From: Candidatus Acidiferrales bacterium
Lineage (GTDB): Bacteria; Acidobacteriota; Terriglobia; Acidiferrales; UBA7541
Assembly (NCBI GenBank): GCA_036520875.1
Contig: DATDIT010000021.1
Coordinates: 3,149-67,148, forward strand
Direction of reading: 5' to 3'
DNA length: 64,000 nt
Below are positions 9,287 through 18,682 of the stretch, one piece after another (the stretch's first letter is position 1; the number at the start of each line of letters is the position of its first letter). A program made the translations under genes and the position numbers. The notes beneath the pieces are model-generated. The model ran no database searches. It was not told the origin of the DNA and was given only the letters and a program-made list of their open reading frames with translations.

Positions 9287-10846
9287 CTACCAGTTCGGAT
9301 TGCCGCACGTGAAGTTTGCAGCATCGCTGGTGCTGCCAGTCCCCTTATAGATGGCTACCTGAGGATGCGGACACAGCGGCCTCGTCTCATCGATCGCGCC
9401 CTTCGTCGAGTGTGATGCAACGATTTTTTCGGGTGCCGCGCCGTGCTCACGCCACTGTTCGAGGGCCGTAAGGGAATCAAACGTGTTCGGAGCGGCTCCG
9501 CCTTGGCAATGTTGCATGCCCGGCACAAAAAACAACCGCAGAAAATCCTGTGTCGCCTCCTGCCCGCCCATAGCGTGCTCGACGCTCTTGTAATAATTGA
9601 GACTGTTCTGGGGCATGATGGCTTGATCGGCCCAGCCGTGGTACATGATAATTTTTCCGCCATGCGATTTGAAAGCTTTCAAGTTCGGGTCAATGGCGTT
9701 CACGATTGAGCCGAGGCGAGAATCCGCCAGACGAGTGTCGCGATCTACATCAAACATGTGGAAATCCCAGTTAGGATTTGCGAAAACCATGTATTTGAAA
9801 AAACCTGTGCCGATGCTGATCGGCTCGGGACCGGCAGCCATCCCGCTCCATGCCAATTCGCTTCCCGGCTCGAAGCCCGGAAATATTTGCTTGCCATCGG
9901 AATACTTCGCCCCTGCGTAAATCATCTGTGCCGTCTTTACTTGCGGGGCTGTAAGACACGTGGGAGCATCCGCGCCCTCGCACTGAACGCTCTTGGGATC
10001 GAAAGGACAGCGAGTGGGATCTTCGATAATGCCGTCTGTTACGCCGTCTTTGGAATCGCAGGCAGCGATTGCGCCCGCGTGCAGCACAGCGTACTTGGAT
10101 GGCGGGATATAGGCTGGCGCATTCACTCCGTCTTTCAACGCGATCCAGCTGATGTACTCCGAACCCGCCTGAAGATGCGTGATATAGTTCGCTGGCGCGC
10201 CGGCGATGATGCCATCGTAATCATCCGGGTAACGTTGCGCCTCGGTGAGGCCTTGCTTGCCGCCAGTGGAGCAGCCGTTCCAATAGGAGAGTTTCGCGGC
10301 AGAGCCGTAAAATGCCTGGATGATCAGCTTGGAATCCACGGTCATTTCATGCACGGCGCGATACGACCAATCGACGAGTTTTTCGGGATGACCCATGGCC
10401 CAGCTTTCGTCGTTGCCAGACGCGTGGCCGGTATCAGTGCCGGCAGTGGCATAGCCCCTCTTCATGGCCGTTTCCAGCGCGGTGTAGCCGATTTGCCCGA
10501 TAAAGCCGCCATTGCCGACGGCTTCGAACTTTCCGTTCCAGTTCGCCGCCGTAGGAAGCCACACTTCAAAGCTGATATGCGAATCGCTCGTGGGCGTGGA
10601 AAATGCGATTACTCGGCAAAAAGGCTGGGAGATACTAACATCGCGTCCTGGCCCGGCCGGCCCTGCGGGAATTGGAATCACCAAGTCCGGCGGCGGATTG
10701 ATTGGCGTGGCGGAGATCACGGTCACATTGGGAATCTTAAGAGACGTCAGACTGTCGCAGGACTGCTGTGCGGCAACCCGTCCCGGAGCCATCCCCAAAA
10801 CCACCAGGCAAACCAAACAGAAAAAGAGCGTGCGCCAGCGCCTCAT
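9287..10846 (-). CDS. secreted tannase / feruloyl esterase family alpha/beta hydrolase (paralogue 1)
   Basis: The family hallmark GCSTGGKQGL is present, as are AGAPANYITHL and the many conserved Cys residues of this family. ATG at 10846 has a GGAGG Shine-Dalgarno 7 nt upstream and gives the signal peptide MRRWRTLFFCLVCLVVLGMAPGRVAAQQ. The ORF-track start at 10975 is probably too far upstream. Confidence 0.85.
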   Translation of the reverse strand: MRRWRTLFFCLVCLVVLGMAPGRVAAQQSCDSLTSLKIPNVTVISATPINPPPDLVIPIPAGPAGPGRDVSISQPFCRVIAFSTPTSDSHISFEVWLPTAANWNGKFEAVGNGGFIGQIGYTALETAMKRGYATAGTDTGHASGNDESWAMGHPEKLVDWSYRAVHEMTVDSKLIIQAFYGSAAKLSYWNGCSTGGKQGLTEAQRYPDDYDGIIAGAPANYITHLQAGSEYISWIALKDGVNAPAYIPPSKYAVLHAGAIAACDSKDGVTDGIIEDPTRCPFDPKSVQCEGADAPTCLTAPQVKTAQMIYAGAKYSDGKQIFPGFEPGSELAWSGMAAGPEPISIGTGFFKYMVFANPNWDFHMFDVDRDTRLADSRLGSIVNAIDPNLKAFKSHGGKIIMYHGWADQAIMPQNSLNYYKSVEHAMGGQEATQDFLRLFFVPGMQHCQGGAAPNTFDSLTALEQWREHGAAPEKIVASHSTKGAIDETRPLCPHPQVAIYKGTGSTSDAANFTCGNPNW

Positions 10847-10975
10847 GCCCATGCCTCCCCAGATGTCAGGTTTCGAAATCCTTGCGAGTGACGTATACAC
10901 CGCGGCGCGCTTGCGTGCAAGCGTCCTGGTTAAGTGTACTTGGAGGGGTGATGTCTTGATTGTGGCGTCGCCCAT

Positions 10976-12412
10976 CTATCCTTCAGCGGCTAGCGCGCGC
11001 ATGGCGGCGTGATAACCGCACATCCCATGCACTCCGCCTCCCGGCGGCGTGGACGAAGAGCAAAGATACAATCCGGCACGGGGTGTCGCATATGTGTGGC
11101 GTGTTGGACGAAGAAAAAGTTGCATCAAGTTATTCGCCCCGCCGGAAATATCACCACCTACCAGATTCGCATTGTGCTGTTGTAGCTCGGCTGGCGTCCT
11201 GACGCTGCGGGCAAGGATGGCTTCTCCGAAACCCGGGGCGAAGCTTTCAATTTGCGATTCGATTCGGCTCGTCATGTCGCAATCGCTATTGTTTGCCACA
11301 TGGCAATATGCCCAGGCGGTATGACGACCTTTCGGAGCCCGGGTCGAATCGAACAGGCTCGGTTGCGTCACAAGCACAAAAGGCTTGTTGTTTTGAGACC
11401 CGTTCCACGCGGCGCGCTCGGAGCGTTCTATTTCTTCGAAGGAAGACCCAACGTGAATGGTGCCGGCGCTCGAGCATTCTCTTGCCCTCCAGGGAATCGG
11501 TTCCGACAGCGCCCAATCAACTTTGAATACAGCCGGACCATATTTATACCTTCTCAGGGCCTTCTGATAATTAGCGGGAAGGACCGGCGCAGCGATAGTG
11601 AGAAGTCCTCGAGGGCTTAAATCGCAGAAAATCGTGCGCGCGGACGGTAGATCGCGAATCGACTCCACACGAACGCCGGATTGAATCTCTCCTCCCAGGG
11701 ACTGCAGATACGAAGCCAGCGCGTCTCCGATGCGCTGGGAGCCGCCCTTGGGAATGGGCCAACCATAAACGTGCCCCACCGCCGCCAACACAAGGCCGAT
11801 TGCCGCTGTTCCCCACTTCTCCAGGGGAACGATCGAGTGAGCGGCCAAACCGGCGAATAACGCCCGCGCCGCGTCGGCCTGAAACTTATTGCGCGCAAGA
11901 CGGGCCGCGGGCTGGATAGCATGCATGCCAAACCGGGACATGGCGATCGGATTTCGTGGGATACCGAGGGGTCCTAGAATAGCGCTCTCGATGACGCTCC
12001 AATTTTGCACAACTGGGCCCACGAGATTGCGATAGCTCGGTCCGTCAGCCTCAAGTGACCTGCATGTGGAGTCGAGAGAACGTTCGAGCACCGCTGCGGT
12101 TCCGTCATCACGTGGATGCGCAAGGGGAAGTGGGGGCTGAATCCACTCCAGACCGTGTTTCTGCAGAGGAAGCGATCGAAAGAATGGCGATGCCAATGCC
12201 ATCGGATGCACGGCAGAACAGACATCGTGAACGTAGCCGGGAAGGGTCAGCTCGGCTGAACGCGTTCCGCCGCCAATGGAATCCTCAGCCTCCAAAACAA
12301 GGACCGACCGGCCGGCTCTCGCCATTACGATGGCGGCAGCAAGACCGTTTGGCCCCGAGCCAATAACCACCGAATCGTAAGCTGTTCGTCGAGGCACTGA
12401 GGATGGCCTCAC
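10976..12412 (-). CDS. FAD/NAD(P)-dependent oxidoreductase (phytoene desaturase/CrtI-like superfamily)
   Basis: A Rossmann dinucleotide motif YDSVVIGSGPNGLAAAIVMARAGRSVLVLEAEDSIGGG sits at the N-terminus. I place the start at GTG 12412, 7 nt after the upstream gene's stop. The ORF-track start at 12589 would overlap that gene by 170 nt. Confidence 0.8.
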   Translation of the reverse strand: MRPSSVPRRTAYDSVVIGSGPNGLAAAIVMARAGRSVLVLEAEDSIGGGTRSAELTLPGYVHDVCSAVHPMALASPFFRSLPLQKHGLEWIQPPLPLAHPRDDGTAAVLERSLDSTCRSLEADGPSYRNLVGPVVQNWSVIESAILGPLGIPRNPIAMSRFGMHAIQPAARLARNKFQADAARALFAGLAAHSIVPLEKWGTAAIGLVLAAVGHVYGWPIPKGGSQRIGDALASYLQSLGGEIQSGVRVESIRDLPSARTIFCDLSPRGLLTIAAPVLPANYQKALRRYKYGPAVFKVDWALSEPIPWRARECSSAGTIHVGSSFEEIERSERAAWNGSQNNKPFVLVTQPSLFDSTRAPKGRHTAWAYCHVANNSDCDMTSRIESQIESFAPGFGEAILARSVRTPAELQQHNANLVGGDISGGANNLMQLFLRPTRHTYATPRAGLYLCSSSTPPGGGVHGMCGYHAAMRALAAEG

Positions 12413-12419
12413 GGCCTGT

Positions 12420-13517
12420 CTAAGGAGAAGAGGTATGGACGGACGCCGCCGGGGATGAGGCGTATTGCGAACTAGAATCCTGTCGGGCGAAGTAATTCCG
12501 CTCGTAGAGCCCCCGGTAGATCCTGCCGGCAATTTCCGAAGCGTGGGGGCCGCTGATAATGCGGGCGCCTCCATGAAGCAAAACCACAATCACGATTTTC
12601 GGGTGAGCCTGGTCGGCGTAGGAAACAAACCAGCCGAGGCGTCCGCCTACCCCTTCGTCGTTACAGGTACCCGTCTTCCCAAGGTCCTGTTCGCCATCGG
12701 GGTCATAGCTGCGCTTAGCCGTCCCGTAAAGAACAGCAGCCAACATTCCCTCTCGCAGGTCCGGAAGTAAGGGAGCGATATCGAACCGCTCGCGAATCCG
12801 AGGCTCGAAGTTCTGGCGGGCTGCTTCCGTCCGCGGGTATTGCAGATAATATTGCGTGCCGCCATTGGCCAGCATTCCCACCAGCGATGCAAGCTGAAAG
12901 GGCGTGATGCGGATGCCTTCGCCGAAGCTGGACATGCGCGCCACCCCTCCGAAAAGGGGCGCCGATGGAGGCAGCGATCCGGGCTGCTCTTCAGGAATGT
13001 TGTAACCCGCGCGCTGCCCCAGGCCAAGCAGAGCATCGTATTTCAGCACACGGTCGAAACCCAACCGCGTTCCTACTTCCTCGAAGAACTTGTTATTGGA
13101 ATGCGCCATCGCCTCCGTCAAATTGATATAGCGCCGCGGAGCAACTCGTATCATGGTGTCGCGCGTGATGACCCCTTCCTTCAGGGCGGCCAGCGCCACG
13201 AATGGCTTGATCGTCGAGCACGGTTCGAAGCCGGCGGAGAAGGCCATCTTCTGGTTCACGATGGAAAGGATGCGGCCGTTGGTCGGATCGACGGCAAGCA
13301 CGGAGCCCTTTTCGTGCCCCAAGGCATCCACGGCAATGTTGCGAACCACGGGATCGTCGTTAGCGACGACGTCATCCTTCGCAGGATCGACGTATTGGAC
13401 GACTCGGTGCTTGTAATGATGACGCGCGGGAGCTTTCCCAAATGCCGTTGGGGGAATGCTAATGAGGGCAAGGCACAAAATCGAGACGGCTTGCGTAAGA
13501 GCTGGGATCGTTTTCAT
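12420..13517 (-). CDS. penicillin-binding transpeptidase-domain protein (small, no pedestal/dimerisation domain)
   Basis: It has a signal/anchor MKTIPALTQAVSILCLALISIPPTAFG. All three active-site boxes are present: STIK (CSTIKPF), SNN (AHSNNKF) and KTGT (GKTGTCN). It is only 365 aa. Confidence 0.8.
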   Translation of the reverse strand: MKTIPALTQAVSILCLALISIPPTAFGKAPARHHYKHRVVQYVDPAKDDVVANDDPVVRNIAVDALGHEKGSVLAVDPTNGRILSIVNQKMAFSAGFEPCSTIKPFVALAALKEGVITRDTMIRVAPRRYINLTEAMAHSNNKFFEEVGTRLGFDRVLKYDALLGLGQRAGYNIPEEQPGSLPPSAPLFGGVARMSSFGEGIRITPFQLASLVGMLANGGTQYYLQYPRTEAARQNFEPRIRERFDIAPLLPDLREGMLAAVLYGTAKRSYDPDGEQDLGKTGTCNDEGVGGRLGWFVSYADQAHPKIVIVVLLHGGARIISGPHASEIAGRIYRGLYERNYFARQDSSSQYASSPAASVHTSSP

Positions 13518-13777
13518 ATGACAAAAATTAGATGCGGCAACGGCCAGGCGCGTGGGCCGAGGCTCAGTCTAAGTAACTGCGTCGCGCCTGCGCAACTAAA
13601 TTACCCATGTATTTTCCACCTGTGTACGGCAAGGCGCAACTGGTCAGGCGTACAGCTCTGGCGGTCCGCTGCTCTTGCAGTTGCCTCTTTAGACGCCGCC
13701 GCGGACGCAACTTCCCGCGCGCCCGCCGCTGCGATACCATATAAGAGCGAAACGCTCGTGTCGGAGGCAAGGACAGG

Positions 13778-14359
13778 ATGTTAATCGCGAAATGGGCACC
13801 CTTGATTCTGCTGCTTTCATTGCCGGGACTTACCGCTGCACAACAATCGCAGCCTCAAACTCCGTCTGCCTCGGACCAGCAGGATTCACTCGCCGCTGCC
13901 GCGCGCCGCGCGCGCGAAACTAAGAAGGATCAGGCGAAACCTGCAAAGGTTTGGGATAACGAGAGTCTCGCCGCTGCACCCGACGCTGTAAGCGTCGTCG
14001 GCCAGCCAGCCAGTTCAGATAACAACTCGGCCCCGACGGAGGCGGCCAACTCCCCAGCGGGGGCGCCGCCCACGGCTAAAAATGTTACCTCAATCGAAGC
14101 GGGCCTGAACGAGGCCAAGGCCAATCTCCAGAGCCTCAAGGTCGATCTTGATTTACTTCAGCGCAAATACTCTCTCGACCAGCAGACATACTACGGCAAG
14201 CCCGAATATTCCTCCGATAAAGCCGGCGCCGCTGCCTTGGCCGACGAGAAAAATCAAATCGCCTCTAAGCAACAGGAAATCGCCGACGCCGAAAAGAAAG
14301 TTGCCGATTTGCAGGCTCAATTGGACGCTGCGAGCAAATCTTCGAACAACGCCCATTAG
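13778..14359 (+). CDS. secreted hypothetical protein with C-terminal coiled coil
   Basis: It has a signal peptide MLIAKWAPLILLLSLPGLTAAQQ, a low-complexity Ala/Pro/Ser linker, and then a heptad-like region (LNEAKANLQSLKVDLDLLQRKY ... EIADAEKKVADLQAQLDAA). Confidence 0.55.
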   Translation: MLIAKWAPLILLLSLPGLTAAQQSQPQTPSASDQQDSLAAAARRARETKKDQAKPAKVWDNESLAAAPDAVSVVGQPASSDNNSAPTEAANSPAGAPPTAKNVTSIEAGLNEAKANLQSLKVDLDLLQRKYSLDQQTYYGKPEYSSDKAGAAALADEKNQIASKQQEIADAEKKVADLQAQLDAASKSSNNAH

Positions 14360-14377
14360 ATTTCTCGAGAAATCTCG

Positions 14378-15994
14378 CTACGGTGCCGGTGTCTCAGCTT
14401 CCGGAAAATCCAATATCACGATCTTGCCGTCGGGCTCGCGTTCGAGCGTTGGCGCGTATTCGCCCAGCATTTCCCGCCGCCACCAAAGTCCCCGCTCCCG
14501 CCTGATTTGTTCGCTCGTGAACCAATACTGATAGACGACGCTGCGCACTTCTTTCGGCGGCGCGCCTGGGAACGGATTGCTCCTGAACAATTGCAACACG
14601 TCCTTGTCGTTCACTAGAAGTCTCTCCTCAGTCCACAATACGAAGCGATACTGGCGCCAGTTTCCCAGCGACGCGAACCACAAGTTCCATTCGAAACGCG
14701 GCTGATACGGCGCGTAGATTCCCGGTGGTTTGCTCGGATCCTGTGGCTTGTACCGGAATGGATATGGGGTCCAGGTCTTTCCATCCAGCGACCCTTGGAA
14801 CTCAATTTCGTACCGCTGGTGAGTCATGTTGGCAAACAGCGCATACCGATTCGCAATGCGAAACGGTTCTAGCATGGTCACCGGCTTCTGTGGCAGCGGA
14901 ACGCTCGGCGCCAGCGTCCAGATGAAAATGGCGGTCGTCGCGTAAAACACAAGACCCAGGAAGATACCCGCCACCGTCATTCGTACGGGCTTGAGCCGCT
15001 TACGCCAATCCGCGCTCCAATTATCCGGCGGCGTTCCCACCGCCGAGGCTGCGTCTCGCTTGCGTTCAAGCGCACCTCGAATCCGCTGTGGGACCGTCCA
15101 TTCCACAAAACGATCGTCGAGCAAGAGGAAGCCGAGCGAAAAAACCAAATAATTCAAGAACGCATAATTACCGGTAAGAATGATGCTGATTTCAAACGGT
15201 GCAACAATCCAGAAGCATGCGATCCGAAATCGGCGCGGCAAAAACACCATCCACACCAGCACCAGTTCGGTCGCCAGCGTGTAAAAAACCGCCGAAGCGT
15301 GGAACCAATGCGGAAAATGTCCCACGAACCATCCAATCCACGTGGGCAGCGGCCCATTCTGGTAGTAATCGTCCATGGCCGTGAAGTGTCGCCACGAAGT
15401 ATCGCCGCTGGCCATTTTGGCGAAGCCTGATTCGAAATAAATCCGGAACCACTCCCATCGGAGCAGAAACAAACTTGCGCGCGATGGCGGATTCCCCCGG
15501 CCCAGGCCTGGCAAAAATCCCGGCGGCGCAAAAAACAGGCTGACGAAGCCCGCTCCCAGAAGCATGCCGTCCGATTGATAGCTTGCAAAATCTTGCGCCG
15601 CGCCAATGAAGGAAAGAAAGCAGACGAAACAAATCGCCAGCGCCGCCCGCGGCCAGATGTTCAGCGTCAGCAGTACGGACGCCGCCAGCCCAACCCAGCA
15701 CACCAGCATCAGCGCTCGGTCGCTCGAGCTAATCCAAAATAGCGTGGGCGCAAACCAGAACCGCGCCGAGTGAAGCGCCGCGGTAACCGCCTGCAGGTAA
15801 TCTCCCGCTGGAAGAATCCCGCTGGGACCCAGCAGGCCCTTGATCTGAAAAATCAGCGAATAAAATGCCGAAAGGTAGATGAGGCCGAGCGCCCGCAGGA
15901 AAATCCATCGCGGCCACAGGTGCCCCGGATGTTTTTCGTCGGAAATTTCCGGGCCAAGCAGCCATTCCACCCACGCCCTTAAGCGCTCTTCCAT
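14378..15994 (-). CDS. lipase maturation factor (LMF1/2)-family polytopic membrane protein
   Basis: This is a 538-aa multi-TM ORF. The N-terminus (WPRWIFLRALGLIYLSAFYSLIFQIKGLLGPSGILPAGDYL) and the Trp-rich C-terminal domain (RFEWNLWFASLGNW ... YQYWFT) match my memory of bacterial LMF-family proteins. Confidence 0.7.
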   Translation of the reverse strand: MEERLRAWVEWLLGPEISDEKHPGHLWPRWIFLRALGLIYLSAFYSLIFQIKGLLGPSGILPAGDYLQAVTAALHSARFWFAPTLFWISSSDRALMLVCWVGLAASVLLTLNIWPRAALAICFVCFLSFIGAAQDFASYQSDGMLLGAGFVSLFFAPPGFLPGLGRGNPPSRASLFLLRWEWFRIYFESGFAKMASGDTSWRHFTAMDDYYQNGPLPTWIGWFVGHFPHWFHASAVFYTLATELVLVWMVFLPRRFRIACFWIVAPFEISIILTGNYAFLNYLVFSLGFLLLDDRFVEWTVPQRIRGALERKRDAASAVGTPPDNWSADWRKRLKPVRMTVAGIFLGLVFYATTAIFIWTLAPSVPLPQKPVTMLEPFRIANRYALFANMTHQRYEIEFQGSLDGKTWTPYPFRYKPQDPSKPPGIYAPYQPRFEWNLWFASLGNWRQYRFVLWTEERLLVNDKDVLQLFRSNPFPGAPPKEVRSVVYQYWFTSEQIRRERGLWWRREMLGEYAPTLEREPDGKIVILDFPEAETPAP

Positions 15995-16040
15995 CGTCCG
16001 CGATTATACTGGCGTTCCGCTGCGGTGGGACGGTCTTGCC

Positions 16041-16547
16041 TTATCGCTGCGGATACCCGCCCGGCAGCGAGCGCAGGTAAGCAATGATGGCTTGCGCGTC
16101 CGCGTGATTCATGTGGTAGATGTGCATCGGTGGTTGGATCGGCAGCCCGTTCGGACCAATTCCCTGCTCGAGAATCTGCTCGCCCTGTTCTTCGGTGAAC
16201 TGTTCAAATCCCGCCAGGCTCGGCGCATTCATGGCCCAATTCGTGTTGTGGTGAACGGGCGTAATCCAGATCGGCGCGCCTTGCAGCCGCCGCGACTCAT
16301 CCAGATTGCCGCCGCCATCCCGCGGCGTGTGGCACTCCTCGCACATCGCCACGTTCTCGACCAAGTACCGCCCTCGTTCGACGTTGCCACCCTGCTCGCC
16401 GGGGGAAGGAGTCTTCTGCGCAGTCTTTTGCGCAGCAGCCTTCGGTGAAGATGTTTTGGGACTCTCTCTCGACGACAAGCGCGATGCCCCCAGCCCCACC
16501 ACTAACAACACGAACAGCCATAGACCCAATCGGCGATTTGATTTCAT
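16041..16547 (-). CDS. c-type cytochrome (monohaem), secreted
   Basis: It has a signal/anchor MKSNRRLGLWLFVLLVVGLGA and one CxxCH haem motif (MCEECH). A conserved Met-containing C-terminal half follows (PPMHIYHM). Confidence 0.8.
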   Translation of the reverse strand: MKSNRRLGLWLFVLLVVGLGASRLSSRESPKTSSPKAAAQKTAQKTPSPGEQGGNVERGRYLVENVAMCEECHTPRDGGGNLDESRRLQGAPIWITPVHHNTNWAMNAPSLAGFEQFTEEQGEQILEQGIGPNGLPIQPPMHIYHMNHADAQAIIAYLRSLPGGYPQR

Positions 16548-16758
16548 GAGATTTTTAGTCCTGAATTAAGAGATGCGGCAGGTTTCGCTCGATCGTTCAT
16601 CGCCGCGTGCACGCGAAAGTATCCCAAAAACAGCGTTTCCCTGTCCATTAGGTTTTTCAGTTCCGTTTTTCGTGGGAACCGGCGCGCTGGCTACATCCGG
16701 CGCCCCGCTGCAAGAATCGTCAAGACGCCGCCCGCCCGTTTCAGTAGACTAAGCCACC

Positions 16759-17199
16759 ATGATTCGAGGCGCCCTCGCAATATTGGCAGGCATCGTCACG
16801 CTGACGATCACCTCGTTCGCGATTGAGGCCGCCGTCGATCCCTTGATGACGCGCCTCTTTCCTCACGCGCTGCCCAACCGAGCCGCCATCAGTTACAACT
16901 TATCCGCCACGTTGTTCCTGTTTTCTTACACGTTTTTGTGCGTCGCGGCCGGCGGCTACGTTACAGCATGGCTCGCGCGACGCCGTCCCGTGCTCCATTC
17001 TCTGCTCTTGGGCGTGCTCCAGGTCGCGCTCACCGTCTTGGCGATGACGTCATCGTCGCTTCGGCACGAGGCGCCCTTGCGCAATTGGATTGGCGCGCTT
17101 CTGTTCACCATACCGGCGGCTTGGTGCGGAGGCCTGCTTCGGGCAAAGCAAGCGACAAAAAGTGACCCTCAGGAAGCTCCGCGACGAGCGACAGCATGA
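16759..17199 (+). CDS. small integral membrane protein, hypothetical
   Basis: This is a 146-aa ORF with about four hydrophobic helices. I recognise no family. Its 3' end overlaps the convergent queG by 31 nt. Confidence 0.5.
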   Translation: MIRGALAILAGIVTLTITSFAIEAAVDPLMTRLFPHALPNRAAISYNLSATLFLFSYTFLCVAAGGYVTAWLARRRPVLHSLLLGVLQVALTVLAMTSSSLRHEAPLRNWIGALLFTIPAAWCGGLLRAKQATKSDPQEAPRRATA

Positions 17200-18425
17200 T
17201 CCTGTAACTCAGTTGATAGCCGCATCAGCGCCCACTTCGCATGTTCGGCAATCAGCGAATCTTCCGAAGAAGCCAAACGGTCGAGCAAGCAAACCACGCT
17301 GGGGTAAGCCGCCGCGCTCTTCTCCAGTCCCGAATTTCCCAAAGCCACGCAGGCATTTCGAACCAAGCCTCGCCACTTGGCGCGCTTGATGGCGCTCTGG
17401 CGGAAAATCGCGCTGAAATCCTGCTGCGAGAGTCCTGCCAACCATTCGAGCTCAGGCCAAAGCAGCGAGAATCTAGTTTCAGCATTTTCGCTCGGTCGAT
17501 CTTTCAGCACAGATGCATCTATGCCAGTCCCTGAAACCTCTCGCGGCTGAAAAGCGAAAAGGCTCGTCACGGGCGCCTTGCGGTTCCAAGGACACACGTC
17601 CTGGCAAATGTCGCACCCGATCACCGCCGCCCCCATCTGCGGACGAAACTCTTCCGGAATCGCGCCACGCAATTCAATCGTCAGGTACGAAATGCAGCGG
17701 CGCGCATCCAGCACGTACGGTTCCGGAAACGCCTGCGTCGGGCACGCATCCAGGCAACGCGTGCAGCTCCCGCACAAATCGGCCGGTGGCGCTTGGCCGG
17801 CTGCAAGCGACGCTTCAAGTTCCATCGTAGTAACGATCACACCGAGAAAAAGCCACGATCCCAGCCGCGAATTGATCAGGCACGTGTTTTTCGCAAGCCA
17901 GCCAAGACCCGCGTATTTCGCCGCCACTCTTTCGATGATCGGTCCCGTGTCCACATAAGAGCGAGCCTCGAAGGGTCCCGGAAACTGGATGCGCATTTCC
18001 GCAATTAGCCCTTTCAGCTTTTCCTGAATCACTTCGTGGTAGTCGTCGCCCCACCCGTAGCGCGAAATCCATCCGCGCGGCGATTCATCAGCCGCGCCTC
18101 CTCGTTCCTCGCGAGATAAAACTGAAGATCGAGTTATCGACAGCGGTCGCGGTGCGTTGTAATTCAGCGCAACCACAATCACGCTCCGCGCCCCTTCCAT
18201 CACCAGCCGCGGATCGCCTCGCCGCGAGTCATGCAGGTACTTCATCTCTCCCGCATACCCTCGCGCTAGCCATTCAGGCAAGTACCGGAGTTCCTCGAAC
18301 GGTTCCGGCTCAGCCGAGCTTTCCGAAGCGATCAGTTCCCCGTTCACCGGCGCGACGCCGCACAAATCAAATCCCGCAGCGTGCGCGCGATCACTGATCC
18401 ACTGCGTTCTTTCAGTCGGCGTCAT
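17169..18425 (-). CDS. queG: tRNA epoxyqueuosine(34) reductase QueG
   Basis: Two 4Fe-4S ferredoxin motifs are present (CGSCTRCLDACPT and CDICQDVCPWN). The N-terminal cobalamin-domain region is conserved (YAGLGWLAKNTCLIN), and the C-terminus is HEAT-like. Confidence 0.9.
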   Translation of the reverse strand: MTPTERTQWISDRAHAAGFDLCGVAPVNGELIASESSAEPEPFEELRYLPEWLARGYAGEMKYLHDSRRGDPRLVMEGARSVIVVALNYNAPRPLSITRSSVLSREERGGAADESPRGWISRYGWGDDYHEVIQEKLKGLIAEMRIQFPGPFEARSYVDTGPIIERVAAKYAGLGWLAKNTCLINSRLGSWLFLGVIVTTMELEASLAAGQAPPADLCGSCTRCLDACPTQAFPEPYVLDARRCISYLTIELRGAIPEEFRPQMGAAVIGCDICQDVCPWNRKAPVTSLFAFQPREVSGTGIDASVLKDRPSENAETRFSLLWPELEWLAGLSQQDFSAIFRQSAIKRAKWRGLVRNACVALGNSGLEKSAAAYPSVVCLLDRLASSEDSLIAEHAKWALMRLSTELQDHAVARRGAS

Positions 18426-18682
18426 CTACCGATCATGCACCAAGCAAGCGCCGCCGAAAAGCCAGCTTTCCTCAAGCAAACTTACTCGGCTACCTGCTGC
18501 CCCATCCGCTGAGCGGCTCTTGTAGCGCCGGCTCCTTGCCGGAGTTTTGCCTCGCCCGAGACTTCCCTTCCGAAGCGCTGCGAGCAAATGTCCTTACGTG
18601 GCCACCCGCGCTATTTTCCAGCTTCGCGATTGCCGTTCACCTCCATTCGCGGTATTTATATGAACCGGGGGAACTAGAACCT

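Noticed and set aside
10973-10978. The oxidoreductase stop (TAG) is immediately followed, in the same frame, by the ATG of the tannase ORF. I considered read-through or a fusion.
   Set aside because: The tannase has its own Shine-Dalgarno and a good signal peptide at the internal ATG 10846. The 43 codons in between look non-coding. TAG read-through has no support here.
12413-12589. The ORF track gives the FAD oxidoreductase an N-terminal extension of 59 codons.
   Set aside because: The extension would overlap the PBP gene by 170 nt in another frame, and it is Pro/Arg/Ser-rich. GTG at 12412 sits just before the Rossmann motif and 7 nt after the PBP stop.
14357-14376. The palindrome AGATTTCTCGAGAAATCT lies between two convergent genes and could be a bidirectional terminator.
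   Set aside because: The stem is AT-rich and short and has no U-run on either side. It may still pause transcription, but I do not call it a terminator.
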